Shown piece after piece: positions 12,831 through 30,024 of a stretch of DNA of 64,000 nucleotides. The stretch lies in assembly GCF_058153355.1 (NCBI RefSeq), contig NZ_CM177019.1; one strand, given 5' to 3'. A model generated the notes under the pieces. The model ran no database searches and had not been told where the DNA came from. It worked only from the letters and a program-made list of their open reading frames with translations. Position 1 is the stretch's first letter. Every line of letters begins with the position of its first letter. The translations under genes were made by a program, and so were the position numbers.

Positions 12831-13488
12831 ACTTAACTCCACTGTCACACTTAACTCCCTTTCCCTTATTGGAATGCAGAGAAATAATCCTCGAGAATAT
12901 GATTTATCATGCATATAAAATAAGAAAAAGGAAAATGAGAAAAATTAGGAAAACATAAAGATACGGGTTCTTATAAAAACAGAACCCATTGCCGAGTAAA
13001 GAGTCATTTACCGCAGCATAATAATCCATAATGTTTTTGTTGCGAAAACAATCTAATCATAACTACCGCGAATACTCAATCATCCACAAAATGGATTAAA
13101 TGTGCTTTTTTAATAATTAATTTATATGTTTAATGCATTAATTCTTAACATTAATTGAACAATAATATTCACCAAATGAATATCAAAAAATTAGCAAAAC
13201 ATATAATTCAATACAAATCATCAAGATAGGTTTTGTAACGCGTGCATTTTATCCCCCTTTTCCTCGTTGATTAGATGCAAAAATTTATTCTGAAATATGT
13301 CAACCGATGAAAAGCGTCGGTGGTTAAGCAGAAATTAATATCGCTTGTTTTAACCACCGCAGCACAATTAGCTAATTTGACGAATGCAGAACTCACTCTG
13401 GCGGAACGTTTTTGTTGCGTCAGGGTTGACATCCGTTTTTGTATCCAGTAACTCTAAAAGCATATCGTATTCATCTGGAGCTGATTTA

Positions 13489-13575
13489 ATGACTCACATC
13501 GTTCGCTTTATCGGTCTACTACTACTAAACGCATCTTCTTTGCGCGGTAGACGAGTGAGCGGCATTCAGCATTAA
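13489..13575 (+). CDS. leuL: leu operon leader peptide
   Basis: 28-codon [31 protein letters not shown] with four consecutive CUA Leu codons, immediately followed by an attenuator hairpin and upstream of leuA. Confidence 0.85.
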   Translation: MTHIVRFIGLLLLNASSLRGRRVSGIQH

Positions 13576-13596
13576 GCCAGCACGCAGTCAAACAAA

Positions 13597-13626
13597 AAAC
13601 CCGCGCCATTGCGCGGGTTTTTTTAT
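13597..13626 (+). terminator. leu attenuator (rho-independent terminator)
   Basis: aaaaCCCGCGCcattGCGCGGGttttttt: a GC-rich stem followed by a T-run, just after leuL. Confidence 0.75.
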
Positions 13627-13667
13627 GCCCGAAGCGAGGCGCTCAAAAAGAGACAAGGACCCAAACC

Positions 13668-16330
<2,663 letters not shown>

Positions 16331-16332
16331 TC

Positions 16333-18349
<2,017 letters not shown>

Positions 18350-18382
18350 TTTGTACACCGTCCCGCACTCAATCGCCAAAAA

Positions 18383-18609
18383 GAAAAAAGCCAGCAGATA
18401 ATCACTGCTGGCGTGGCGATTAACACCAATACTCAGTCACACATGATGTCCGCAAATCAGTAGTCAGAATGACTCCCCTCCCACTGCATCAGTTCTTCAA
18501 GCATAGTTAATCGTTGTGGGACGCTTAACCAACGCAACCAGCACAACGTCGCTGTCGCGGTAAAATAGTGCTGATAAAACTGATGCATGGGACACCTCCT
18601 TGCTTCATC
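18383..18609 (-). ncRNA. sgrS: SgrS small RNA (glucose-phosphate stress)
   Basis: The minus strand reads GATGAAGCAAGGAGGTGTCCCATG...TGACTGAGTATTGGTGTTAATCGCCACG CCAGCAG tgattat CTGCTGG CTTTTTTCTTTTT. It contains the sgrT ORF, the conserved 3' base-pairing region and an intrinsic terminator, and is divergent from sgrR. Confidence 0.8.
18457..18588 (-). CDS. sgrT: SgrT small protein (PtsG inhibitor) encoded within SgrS
   Basis: 43-codon ORF MHQFYQHYFTATATLCWLRWLSVPQRLTMLEELMQWEGSHSDY with an AGGAGG Shine-Dalgarno sequence; near-identical to K-12 SgrT as I recall it. Confidence 0.8.
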   Translation of the reverse strand: MHQFYQHYFTATATLCWLRWLSVPQRLTMLEELMQWEGSHSDY

Positions 18610-18676
18610 GTTAGGAATTATTGACTTAATATAGGGAAAATAAAATTGCTGACTTTTGCGCAGGAGTTCCCCTTTT

Positions 18677-20332
18677 ATGCCATCTGCTCGTCTGCAACAA
18701 CAGTTCATCCGCCTGTGGCAATGCTGCGAGGGTAAATCGCAGGACACAACGCTCAACGAACTAGCGGAGTTATTGAGCTGCTCCCGTCGTCATATGCGCA
18801 CCCTGCTCAATACCATGCAGGATCGCGGCTGGCTGACGTGGGAAGCGGAGGTCGGGCGCGGTAAACGCTCACGTTTAACATTCCTCTATACCGGGCTGGC
18901 GCTTCAGCAACAGCGGGCGGAAGACTTACTGGAGCAGGATCGTATCGATCAGTTGGTGCAACTGGTTGGCGACAAAGCGGCTGTGCGGCAAATGCTGGTT
19001 TCTCATCTGGGGCGTACCTTCCGTCAGGGGCGGCACATCCTGCGCGTTCTCTACTATCGTCCGTTGCGCAATCTGCTGCCCGGCAGTGCATTGCGCCGTT
19101 CCGAAACCCATATCGCCCGGCAAATCTTCAGTTCGCTAACGCGCATAAATGAGGAAAATGGGGAACTGGAAGCAGACATCGCCCACCACTGGCAGCAAAT
19201 ATCACCGCTTCACTGGCGCTTCTTTTTGCGTCCAGGAGTCCATTTTCATCATGGTCGTGAACTGGAAATGGACGATGTGATCGCCTCTTTAAAACGAATC
19301 AATACGCTGCCGCTCTATTCGCATATTGCTGACATTGTGTCGCCGACGCCCTGGACGCTGGATATCCATCTCACGCAACCGGACCGCTGGTTACCGTTAC
19401 TGCTGGGGCAAGTTCCGGCGATGATCCTGCCACGAGAATGGGAAACCCTCAGTAACTTTGCCAGCCATCCCATCGGAACGGGTCCTTATGCAGTGATCCG
19501 CAACAGCACCAATCAACTGAAAATTCAGGCATTCGATGACTTCTTCGGTTATCGCGCATTAATCGACGAAGTAAATGTCTGGGTTCTGCCAGAAATTGCC
19601 GACGAGCCAGCCGGCGGTCTGATGCTAAAAGGGCCGCAGGGCGAGGAAAAAGAGATTGAAAGTCGGCAGGAGGAAGGTTGCTACTATTTACTGTTCGACA
19701 GCCGCACCCACCGTGGGGCGAATCAGCAAGTCAGGGACTGGGTAAGTTATGTGCTTTCTCCAACTAATCTGGTCTATTTCGCCGAGGAACAATACCAGCA
19801 ACTCTGGTTTCCGGCTTATGGACTGCTCCCCCGCTGGCATCATGCCCACCCGGCGCAGTGCGAAAAACCTGCCGGGCTGGAAAGCCTCACCCTGACCTTT
19901 TATCAGGATCATATTGAGCATCGGGTGATTGCCAGGATCATGCAGCAGATTCTGGCAAGTCATCAGGTCACACTTGAAATTAAAGAGATCAGCTATGATC
20001 AGTGGCACGAAGGAGAGATCGAGAGCGATATCTGGCTTAACAGCGCCAACTTTACGCTGCCGCTGGATTTTTCGCTGTTCGCGCACTTGTGCGAGGTGCC
20101 GCTGCTCCAACACTGTATTCCGATCGACTGGCAAGCCGACGCCGCCCGCTGGCGCAATGGCGAAATGAATCTGGCGAACTGGTGCCAGCAACTGGTCGCC
20201 AGCAAAGCAATGGTGCCGCTCATCCACCACTGGCTGATCATTCAGGGGCAACGCAGTATGCGCGGCCTGCGCATGAACACTCTCGGCTGGTTCGATTTTA
20301 AATCCGCGTGGTTTGCGCCACCGGATCCATGA
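18677..20332 (+). CDS. sgrR: Transcriptional regulator SgrR
   Basis: Canonical start [69 protein letters not shown] (551 aa), with a solute-binding-protein-like C-terminal domain. Confidence 0.93.
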   Translation: MPSARLQQQFIRLWQCCEGKSQDTTLNELAELLSCSRRHMRTLLNTMQDRGWLTWEAEVGRGKRSRLTFLYTGLALQQQRAEDLLEQDRIDQLVQLVGDKAAVRQMLVSHLGRTFRQGRHILRVLYYRPLRNLLPGSALRRSETHIARQIFSSLTRINEENGELEADIAHHWQQISPLHWRFFLRPGVHFHHGRELEMDDVIASLKRINTLPLYSHIADIVSPTPWTLDIHLTQPDRWLPLLLGQVPAMILPREWETLSNFASHPIGTGPYAVIRNSTNQLKIQAFDDFFGYRALIDEVNVWVLPEIADEPAGGLMLKGPQGEEKEIESRQEEGCYYLLFDSRTHRGANQQVRDWVSYVLSPTNLVYFAEEQYQQLWFPAYGLLPRWHHAHPAQCEKPAGLESLTLTFYQDHIEHRVIARIMQQILASHQVTLEIKEISYDQWHEGEIESDIWLNSANFTLPLDFSLFAHLCEVPLLQHCIPIDWQADAARWRNGEMNLANWCQQLVASKAMVPLIHHWLIIQGQRSMRGLRMNTLGWFDFKSAWFAPPDP

Positions 20333-20359
20333 TTGCTGGTTGATAACAAAATCACTACA

Positions 20360-20455
20360 CTAACGCCGTTCTCAACGGGGTGCCACGCAGACGCGTGCGC
20401 TGAGAAAATACCCGTCGAACCTGATCCGGATAACGCCGGCGAAGGGATTTGAGGC
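20360..20455 (+). promoter_or_regulatory. TPP riboswitch (thi-box) in the thiBPQ leader
   Basis: Conserved thi-box elements ...ACGGGGTGCC...CTGAGA...ACCCGTCGAACCTGATCCGGATAACGCCGGCGAAGGGA immediately upstream of thiB. Confidence 0.75.
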
Positions 20456-20495
20456 TCCTTCTCAAGTCCTTTGCCACTCTTCTTTGAGGTGCAAA

Positions 20496-21479
20496 GTGTT
20501 AAAAAAATATCTTCCCCTGCTGTTGCTCTGTACAGCACCCGCTTTCGCTAAACCCGTTCTGACTGTTTATACCTACGATTCCTTCGCCGCCGACTGGGGG
20601 CCAGGTCCGGTGGTGAAAAAAGCCTTTGAAGCCGACTGTAATTGCGAACTGAAACTGGTGGCGCTGGAAGATGGCGTTTCGCTTCTCAACCGTCTGCGGA
20701 TGGAAGGCAAAAACAGTAAAGCCGATGTGGTGCTGGGGCTGGATAACAATCTGTTAGATGCCGCCAGCAAAACTGGGCTGTTTGCTAAAAGCGGTGTGGC
20801 AGCGGATGCCGTTAACGTTCCCGGCGGCTGGAAGAATGACACTTTCGTACCGTTTGATTACGGTTACTTCGCCTTCGTCTATGACAAGAACAAACTGAAT
20901 AATCCGCCGCAAAGCCTGAAAGAGCTGGTTGAAAGCGATCAGAACTGGCGAGTGATTTATCAGGATCCGCGTACCAGTACGCCGGGCCTGGGCCTGTTGT
21001 TGTGGATGCAAAAAGTCTATGGCGATGACGCCCCACAAGCCTGGCAGAAACTGGCGAAGAAAACGGTCACGGTCACCAAAGGCTGGAGCGAAGCCTACGG
21101 CCTGTTTTTAAAAGGCGAAAGCGATCTGGTACTGAGTTACACCACCTCTCCGGCTTATCACATTCTCGAAGAGAAGAAAGATAACTACGCCGCCGCGAAC
21201 TTCAGCGAAGGTCACTATTTGCAAGTGGAAGTCGCCGCCCGCACCGCTGCCAGCAAACAGCCGGAGCTGGCGCAAAAATTCCTCCAGTTTATGGTTTCTC
21301 CGGCTTTCCAGAATGCGATCCCAACCGGCAACTGGATGTATCCGGTGGCAAATGTCACGCTGCCTGCCGGGTTTGAACAATTGACCAAACCAGCAACCAC
21401 GCTGGAGTTCACGCCAGCCGAAGTGGCGGCACAACGTCAGGCATGGATTAGCGAATGGCAACGCGCCGTCAGCCGTTAA
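20496..21479 (+). CDS. thiB: Thiamine ABC transporter periplasmic binding protein ThiB (TbpA)
   Basis: GTG start giving MLKKYLPLLLLCTAPAFAKPVLTVYTYDSF (327 aa) with a signal peptide; the ORF track uses an upstream TTG. Confidence 0.9.
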   Translation: MLKKYLPLLLLCTAPAFAKPVLTVYTYDSFAADWGPGPVVKKAFEADCNCELKLVALEDGVSLLNRLRMEGKNSKADVVLGLDNNLLDAASKTGLFAKSGVAADAVNVPGGWKNDTFVPFDYGYFAFVYDKNKLNNPPQSLKELVESDQNWRVIYQDPRTSTPGLGLLLWMQKVYGDDAPQAWQKLAKKTVTVTKGWSEAYGLFLKGESDLVLSYTTSPAYHILEEKKDNYAAANFSEGHYLQVEVAARTAASKQPELAQKFLQFMVSPAFQNAIPTGNWMYPVANVTLPAGFEQLTKPATTLEFTPAEVAAQRQAWISEWQRAVSR

Positions 21480-23065
21480 TTCCCGGCTGGTTAATTCCAG
21501 GTGTAAGCGCCGCCACGCTGGTGGTAGCGGTTGCGCTGGCGGCGTTTCTCGCCCTGTGGTGGAACGCGCCGCAGGGTGACTGGGTGGCAATCTGGCAGGA
21601 CAGCTACCTGTGGCATGTGGTGCGCTTCTCCTTCTGGCAGGCGTTTCTCTCGGCGCTGCTCTCTGTCGTACCCGCGATATTCCTCGCCCGCGCGCTCTAT
21701 CGCAGGCGCTTTCCGGGTCGGCTGACGCTGTTGCGTCTGTGCGCAATGACCTTGATCCTCCCGGTGCTGGTTGCTGTTTTCGGCATTCTTAGCGTCTATG
21801 GTCGCCAGGGCTGGCTGGCATCACTCTGCCAATCGCTCGGTCTGGAGTGGACCTTTTCGCCCTACGGCCTGCAAGGTATTTTGCTGGCGCACGTATTTTT
21901 TAATCTGCCGATGGCGAGCCGCTTATTACTCCAGGCACTGGAAAACATTCCCGGCGAACAACGTCAACTTGCCGCCCAGCTTGGGATGCGCGGCTGGCAT
22001 TTTTTCCGCTTCGTCGAATGGCCGTGGTTACGGCGTCAAATCCCGCCGGTTGCCGCGCTTATCTTTATGCTCTGTTTCGCCAGCTTCGCCACCGTGCTAT
22101 CGCTGGGCGGCGGTCCGCAGGCGACCACTATCGAGCTGGCAATCTATCAGGCGCTGAGTTACGACTACGATCCCGCCCGCGCGGCGATGCTGGCGCTGAT
22201 CCAGATGATATGTTGCCTTGGGCTGGTGCTGTTGAGTCAGCGACTAAGTAAAGCCATTGCGCCCGGCACCACGCTGCTGCAAGGCTGGCGCGACCCGGAC
22301 GACCGTCTGCATAGCCGCATTTGCGACACGGTGTTAATTGTGCTGGCGCTGCTGCTGTTGCTGCCACCGTTACTGGCGGTGATTGTCGATGGGGTAAATC
22401 GCCAGTTGCCAGAGGTGCTGGCACAACCGGTGCTGTGGCAGGCGCTGTGGACCTCGTTGCGTATTGCGCTGGCGGCAGGCGTATTATGCGTAGTGCTGAC
22501 CATGATGCTGCTATGGAGCAGTCGCGAATTGCGGGCACGGCAAAAAATGCTGGCGGGTCAGGCGCTGGAGATGAGCGGAATGCTGATCCTCGCCATGCCG
22601 GGGATTGTGCTGGCAACGGGCTTCTTTTTACTGCTCAACAACACTATCGGCCTGCCGCAATCTGCTGACGGCATTGTGATTTTCACCAATGCGTTAATGG
22701 CGATCCCTTACGCGCTGAAAGTACTGGAAAACCCGATGCGCGATATCACCGCGCGTTACAGTATGTTGTGTCAGTCGCTGGGGATTGAAGGCTGGTCGCG
22801 CTTAAAAGTGGTGGAACTGCGCGCCCTGAAACGTCCGCTGGCGCAGGCGCTGGCTTTTGCTTGTGTGCTGTCGATTGGTGATTTTGGCGTGGTGGCGTTG
22901 TTCGGTAACGATGATTTCCGCACCCTGCCGTTTTATCTCTACCAGCAAATTGGCTCCTATCGCAGCCAGGACGGCGCGGTCACCGCGTTAATTCTGCTGC
23001 TACTCTGTTTTCTGCTGTTTACCGTGATTGAAAAACTACCGGGGCGAAATGTTAAAACTGACTGA
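21455..23065 (+). CDS. thiP: Thiamine ABC transporter permease ThiP
   Basis: 536-aa ORF starting [32 protein letters not shown]; a duplicated ABC permease fold; overlaps the thiB 3' end. Confidence 0.95.
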   Translation: MATRRQPLIPGWLIPGVSAATLVVAVALAAFLALWWNAPQGDWVAIWQDSYLWHVVRFSFWQAFLSALLSVVPAIFLARALYRRRFPGRLTLLRLCAMTLILPVLVAVFGILSVYGRQGWLASLCQSLGLEWTFSPYGLQGILLAHVFFNLPMASRLLLQALENIPGEQRQLAAQLGMRGWHFFRFVEWPWLRRQIPPVAALIFMLCFASFATVLSLGGGPQATTIELAIYQALSYDYDPARAAMLALIQMICCLGLVLLSQRLSKAIAPGTTLLQGWRDPDDRLHSRICDTVLIVLALLLLLPPLLAVIVDGVNRQLPEVLAQPVLWQALWTSLRIALAAGVLCVVLTMMLLWSSRELRARQKMLAGQALEMSGMLILAMPGIVLATGFFLLLNNTIGLPQSADGIVIFTNALMAIPYALKVLENPMRDITARYSMLCQSLGIEGWSRLKVVELRALKRPLAQALAFACVLSIGDFGVVALFGNDDFRTLPFYLYQQIGSYRSQDGAVTALILLLLCFLLFTVIEKLPGRNVKTD

Positions 23066-23747
23066 TATCACCTGGCTTTATCACCATTTGCCGATGCGTT
23101 TTAGCTTAACGGTGGAACGCGGCGAGCAGGTGGCGATCCTCGGGCCAAGCGGCGCGGGTAAAAGTACCCTGCTGAATTTGATCGCCGGTTTTCTGACGCC
23201 AGCCAGCGGTTCGCTGACTATCGATGGTGTTGATCACACCACGACACCGCCATCACGCCGTCCGGTATCGATGCTGTTTCAGGAGAACAACCTGTTCAGT
23301 CACCTGACGGTCGCGCAGAACATCGGGCTGGGGCTTAATCCTGGATTGAAGCTGAACGCGGCGCAGCAGGAGAAAATGCACGCTATTGCCCGTCAGATGG
23401 GGATTGATAATTTAATGGCGCGGTTACCGGGCGAGCTTTCCGGCGGTCAGCGTCAGCGAGTGGCGTTAGCGCGTTGTCTGGTACGCGAACAGCCCATTTT
23501 ATTGCTCGATGAACCGTTCTCTGCGCTCGATCCGGCGTTACGTCAGGAGATGCTGACGCTGGTGAGCACGAGCTGCCAGCAGCAAAAAATGACGCTATTG
23601 ATGGTGTCGCACAGTGTGGAAGATGCAGCGCGGATCGCCACACGCTCGGTGGTGGTCGCTGACGGGCGCATCGCCTGGCAGGGTAAGACTGAAGAATTGT
23701 TGAGCGGTAAGGCGAGTGCTTCGGCAATATTGGGGATTACGGGTTAG
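23049..23747 (+). CDS. thiQ: Thiamine ABC transporter ATP-binding protein ThiQ
   Basis: Canonical start [43 protein letters not shown] (232 aa) with Walker A and the LSGGQRQR signature. Confidence 0.93.
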   Translation: MLKLTDITWLYHHLPMRFSLTVERGEQVAILGPSGAGKSTLLNLIAGFLTPASGSLTIDGVDHTTTPPSRRPVSMLFQENNLFSHLTVAQNIGLGLNPGLKLNAAQQEKMHAIARQMGIDNLMARLPGELSGGQRQRVALARCLVREQPILLLDEPFSALDPALRQEMLTLVSTSCQQQKMTLLMVSHSVEDAARIATRSVVVADGRIAWQGKTEELLSGKASASAILGITG

Positions 23748-23754
23748 TATGCAC

Positions 23755-23842
<88 letters not shown>

Positions 23843-23859
23843 CCCGCACAGACTATCCC

Positions 23860-24624
23860 CTAAACCCCAACCACTTTCCGCAAAATATCGATATATACCG
23901 GCATCAACGGGTGGCGAATTAACACTACCAGCGCCACTACACCGACGGCAGAAATTAACGGTGCCAGCCACAACAAACGACCGCGCGACAAATAATGACT
24001 TAAACGGTCAGTCGCTTTACCACTGCGCCATAACCGCCAGCACAGCCAGCCACCAACCCACAAAAACACCGCTGTTGCCAGCAGCAACCATTTAAACTCG
24101 CCACTCTGCATTCCGGCAGGAATATCGATCGCCGCGCCCGCCAGAATCCCCGGCAGGAAGTAAAACGGCGGCCATAACAGGCAGCCGATAATATTTGGCG
24201 TAATAAATTTCGCCACCGGGAGATCCAACATTCCCGCCACCATTGGCACCAGCGGACGCGTCGGGCCGACAAAACGACCGACCAGAATGGTAAACATGCT
24301 GTGTTGATGCAACGCATGTTCAGTTTTATCGAGTAATGCTTTGTTCTTCTTCAGAAATGACCAGCGATGCAACGGCTTTTTAAAACGCCAGCCCAGCCAG
24401 AAGGAGATCCAGTCGCCCAGCAGGCAACCGACGATCCCTGCCAGCCAGGCGTGCCAGAAACTTAACTCGCCGCTGCCAATCAGCGCCCCCAGTCCCGCCA
24501 TTAGCACCGTACCGGGTAAAATCAAACCGACCAGCGCCAGCGACTCCAGAAAGGCCACCAACACTACCGCCATCAATGAATACACGGAGGATTGGGTAAT
24601 AAAGTGTTCCAGCAATGCTTGCAT
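23860..24624 (-). CDS. yabI: DedA-family inner membrane protein YabI
   Basis: 254-aa multi-pass membrane protein starting MQALLEHFITQSSVYSLMAVVLVAFLESLALVGLILPG; between thiQ and araC. Confidence 0.92.
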   Translation of the reverse strand: MQALLEHFITQSSVYSLMAVVLVAFLESLALVGLILPGTVLMAGLGALIGSGELSFWHAWLAGIVGCLLGDWISFWLGWRFKKPLHRWSFLKKNKALLDKTEHALHQHSMFTILVGRFVGPTRPLVPMVAGMLDLPVAKFITPNIIGCLLWPPFYFLPGILAGAAIDIPAGMQSGEFKWLLLATAVFLWVGGWLCWRLWRSGKATDRLSHYLSRGRLLWLAPLISAVGVVALVVLIRHPLMPVYIDILRKVVGV

Positions 24625-24709
24625 AATGTGCCTGTCAAATGGACGAAGCAGGGATTCTGCAAACCCTATGCTACTCCGTCAAGCCGTCAATTATCTGATT
24701 CGTTACCAA

Positions 24710-25588
24710 TTATGACAACTTGACGGCTACATCATTCACTTTTTCTTCACAACCGGCACGGAACTCACTGGGGCTGGCCCCGGTGCATTTTTTAAATACC
24801 CGCGAGAAATAGAGTTGATCGTCAAAGCCAACATTGCGACCGACAGTGGCGATAGGCATCCGTGTGGTGCTCAAAAGCAGCTTCGCCTGGCTGATGCGTT
24901 GGTCCTCGCGCCAGCTTAAGACACTAATCCCTAACTGTTGGCGGAACAGATGTGACAGACGCGACGGCGACAGGCAAACATGCTGTGCGACGCTGGCGAT
25001 ATCAAAATTGCTGTCTGCCAGGTGATCGCTAATGTACTGACAAGCCTCGCGTACCCGATTATCCATCGGTGGATGGAGCGACTCGTTAATTGCTTCCATG
25101 CGCCGCAGTAACAATTGCTCAAGCAGATTTATCGCCAGCAGCTCCGAATAGCGCCCTTCCCCTTGCCCGGCGTTAATGATTTGCCCAAACAGGTCGCTGA
25201 AATGCGGCTGGTGCGCTTCATCCGGGCGAAAGAAACCCGTATTGGCAAATATTGACGGCCAGTTAAGCCATTCATGCCAGTAGGCGCGCGGACGAAAGTA
25301 AACCCACTGGTGATACCATTCGCGAGCCTCCGGATGACGACCGTAGTGATGAATCTCTCCTGGCGGGAACAGCAAAATATCACCCGGTCGGCAGACAAAT
25401 TCTCGTCCCTGATTTTTCACCACCCCCTGGCCGCGTATGGTGAGATTGAGAATATAACCCTTCATTCCCAGTGGTCGGTCGATAAAAAAATCGAGATATC
25501 CGTTGGCCTCAATCGGCGTTAAACCCGCCACCAGATGGGCGTTAAACGAGTATCCCGGCAGCAGGGGATCATTTTGCGCTTCAGCCAT
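24710..25588 (-). CDS. araC: Arabinose operon regulator AraC
   Basis: Canonical start [55 protein letters not shown] (292 aa); the ORF-track 309-aa version is over-extended. Confidence 0.96.
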
Positions 25589-27627
<2,039 letters not shown>

Positions 27628-27637
27628 GGACACGACA

Positions 27638-29140
27638 ATGACAATTTTTGATAATTATGAAGTGTGGTTTGTAATTGGCAGCCAGCATCTGTATGGTCCG
27701 GAAACCCTACGTCAGGTCACCCAACATGCCGAACACGTCGTTAATGCGCTGAATACGGAAGCGAAACTGCCCTGCAAACTGGTGCTGAAACCGCTGGGCA
27801 CCACGCCGGATGAAATCACCGCTATTTGCCGCGACGCGAATTACGACGATCGTTGCGCTGGTCTGGTGGTGTGGCTGCACACCTTCTCTCCAGCCAAAAT
27901 GTGGATTAACGGCCTGACCATGCTCAATAAGCCGTTGCTGCAATTCCACACCCAGTTCAACGCGGCGCTGCCGTGGGATAGCATCGATATGGACTTTATG
28001 AACCTGAACCAGACTGCACATGGCGGTCGCGAGTTCGGCTTCATTGGCGCGCGTATGCGTCAGCAACATGCTGTCGTTACCGGTCACTGGCAGGATAAAC
28101 AGGCACATGAGCGTATCGGCTCATGGATGCGTCAGGCGGTCTCTAAACAGGATACCCGTCATCTGAAAGTTTGCCGCTTTGGCGATAACATGCGTGAAGT
28201 AGCGGTTACCGATGGCGATAAAGTTGCCGCACAAATCAAATTCGGTTTCTCCGTCAATACCTGGGCGGTTGGCGATCTGGTGCAGGTGGTGAACTCCATC
28301 AGCGATGGCGATGTTAACGCGCTGGTCGATGAGTACGAAAGCTGCTACACCATGACGCCTGCGACACAAATCCACGGCGAAAAACGGCAGAACGTGCTGG
28401 AAGCTGCGCGTATTGAGCTGGGGATGAAGCGTTTCCTGGAACAAGGTGGCTTCCATGCGTTCACCACCACCTTTGAAGATTTGCACGGTCTGAAGCAGCT
28501 TCCAGGCCTGGCCGTGCAGCGTCTGATGCAGCAGGGCTACGGCTTTGCGGGCGAAGGCGACTGGAAAACTGCCGCCCTGCTTCGCATCATGAAGGTGATG
28601 TCAACCGGTCTGCAGGGCGGCACCTCTTTTATGGAGGACTATACCTACCACTTCGAGAAAGGTAATGACCTGGTGCTCGGCTCCCACATGCTGGAAGTCT
28701 GCCCGTCGATCGCCGCAGAAGAGAAACCGATCCTCGACGTTCAGCACCTCGGTATTGGTGGTAAAGACGACCCGGCCCGCCTAATCTTCAACACCCAAAC
28801 CGGTCCGGCCATTGTCGCCAGCTTGATTGATCTCGGCGATCGTTACCGTCTGCTGGTTAACTGCATCGACACGGTGAAAACGCCGCACACCCTGCCGAAA
28901 CTGCCGGTGGCGAATGCGCTGTGGAAAGCGCAACCGGATCTACCAACCGCTTCCGAAGCGTGGATCCTTGCTGGTGGCGCGCACCACACCGTCTTCAGCC
29001 ATGCGTTGAACCTCAACGATATGCGCCAGTTTGCCGAGATGCACGACATTGAAATCACGGTGATTGATAACGACACCCGCCTGCCAGCGTTTAAAGACGC
29101 GCTGCGCTGGAACGAAGTGTATTACGGATTTCGTCGCTAA
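27638..29140 (+). CDS. araA: L-arabinose isomerase AraA
   Basis: 500-aa ORF starting [39 protein letters not shown]. Confidence 0.97.
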   Translation: MTIFDNYEVWFVIGSQHLYGPETLRQVTQHAEHVVNALNTEAKLPCKLVLKPLGTTPDEITAICRDANYDDRCAGLVVWLHTFSPAKMWINGLTMLNKPLLQFHTQFNAALPWDSIDMDFMNLNQTAHGGREFGFIGARMRQQHAVVTGHWQDKQAHERIGSWMRQAVSKQDTRHLKVCRFGDNMREVAVTDGDKVAAQIKFGFSVNTWAVGDLVQVVNSISDGDVNALVDEYESCYTMTPATQIHGEKRQNVLEAARIELGMKRFLEQGGFHAFTTTFEDLHGLKQLPGLAVQRLMQQGYGFAGEGDWKTAALLRIMKVMSTGLQGGTSFMEDYTYHFEKGNDLVLGSHMLEVCPSIAAEEKPILDVQHLGIGGKDDPARLIFNTQTGPAIVASLIDLGDRYRLLVNCIDTVKTPHTLPKLPVANALWKAQPDLPTASEAWILAGGAHHTVFSHALNLNDMRQFAEMHDIEITVIDNDTRLPAFKDALRWNEVYYGFRR

Positions 29141-29159
29141 GTAGCTGCATCAGGTATGT

Positions 29160-29243
29160 AACGCCTGATGCGACGCTGACGCGTCTTATCAGGCCTGCGC
29201 GCTGTGATTTTGTAGGCCGGATAAGCAAAGCGCATCCGGCACG
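29160..29243. repeat. REP elements between araA and araD
   Basis: GCCTGATGCGACGCTGACGCGTCTTATCAGGCCTGC ... TGTAGGCCGGATAAGCAAAGCGCATCCGGCAC. Confidence 0.85.
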
Positions 29244-29254
29244 AAGGAGTCAAC

Positions 29255-29950
29255 ATGTTAGAAGATCTCAAACGCCAGGTCTTAGAAGCCAACCTGGCGC
29301 TGCCAAAACACAACCTGGTCACGCTCACATGGGGCAATGTCAGCGCCGTTGATCGCGAGCGCGGCGTCTTGGTGATCAAACCTTCCGGCGTCGATTACAG
29401 CATCATGACCGCCGACGATATGGTCGTGGTCAGCATCGCAACCGGTGAAGTGGTTGAAGGAACGAAAAAGCCCTCCTCCGACACGCCAACTCACCGGCTG
29501 CTCTATCAGGCATTCCCGTCCATTGGCGGCATTGTGCATACGCACTCCCGCCATGCCACCATCTGGGCGCAGGCGGGCCAGTCAATTCCGGCAACCGGCA
29601 CCACCCACGCCGACTATTTCTACGGCACCATTCCCTGCACTCGCAAAATGACCGATGCAGAAATCAATGGCGAATATGAGTGGGAAACCGGTAACGTCAT
29701 CGTTGAAACCTTCGAAAAACAGGGGATCGACGCAGCGCAAATGCCTGGCGTGCTGGTCCATTCTCACGGCCCGTTTGCATGGGGTAAAAACGCCGAAGAT
29801 GCGGTGCATAACGCCATCGTGCTGGAAGAGGTCGCTTATATGGGGATTTTCTGCCGCCAGCTTGCTCCACAATTACCGGATATGCAGCAAACGTTGCTGG
29901 ATAAGCACTATCTGCGTAAGCATGGTGCGAAGGCATATTACGGGCAGTAA
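29255..29950 (+). CDS. araD: L-ribulose-5-phosphate 4-epimerase AraD
   Basis: 231-aa ORF starting [48 protein letters not shown]. Confidence 0.97.
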   Translation: MLEDLKRQVLEANLALPKHNLVTLTWGNVSAVDRERGVLVIKPSGVDYSIMTADDMVVVSIATGEVVEGTKKPSSDTPTHRLLYQAFPSIGGIVHTHSRHATIWAQAGQSIPATGTTHADYFYGTIPCTRKMTDAEINGEYEWETGNVIVETFEKQGIDAAQMPGVLVHSHGPFAWGKNAEDAVHNAIVLEEVAYMGIFCRQLAPQLPDMQQTLLDKHYLRKHGAKAYYGQ

Positions 29951-29980
29951 TGACTGTATAAAACCACAGCCAATCAAACG

Positions 29981-30010
29981 AAACCAGGCTATAATCAAGC
30001 CTGGTTTTTT
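29981..30010 (+). terminator. araBAD rho-independent terminator
   Basis: AAACCAGGCTataatcAAGCCTGGTTTTTT: a stem followed by a T-run, 30 nt after araD. Confidence 0.75.
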
Positions 30011-30024
30011 GATGGAATTTCAGC

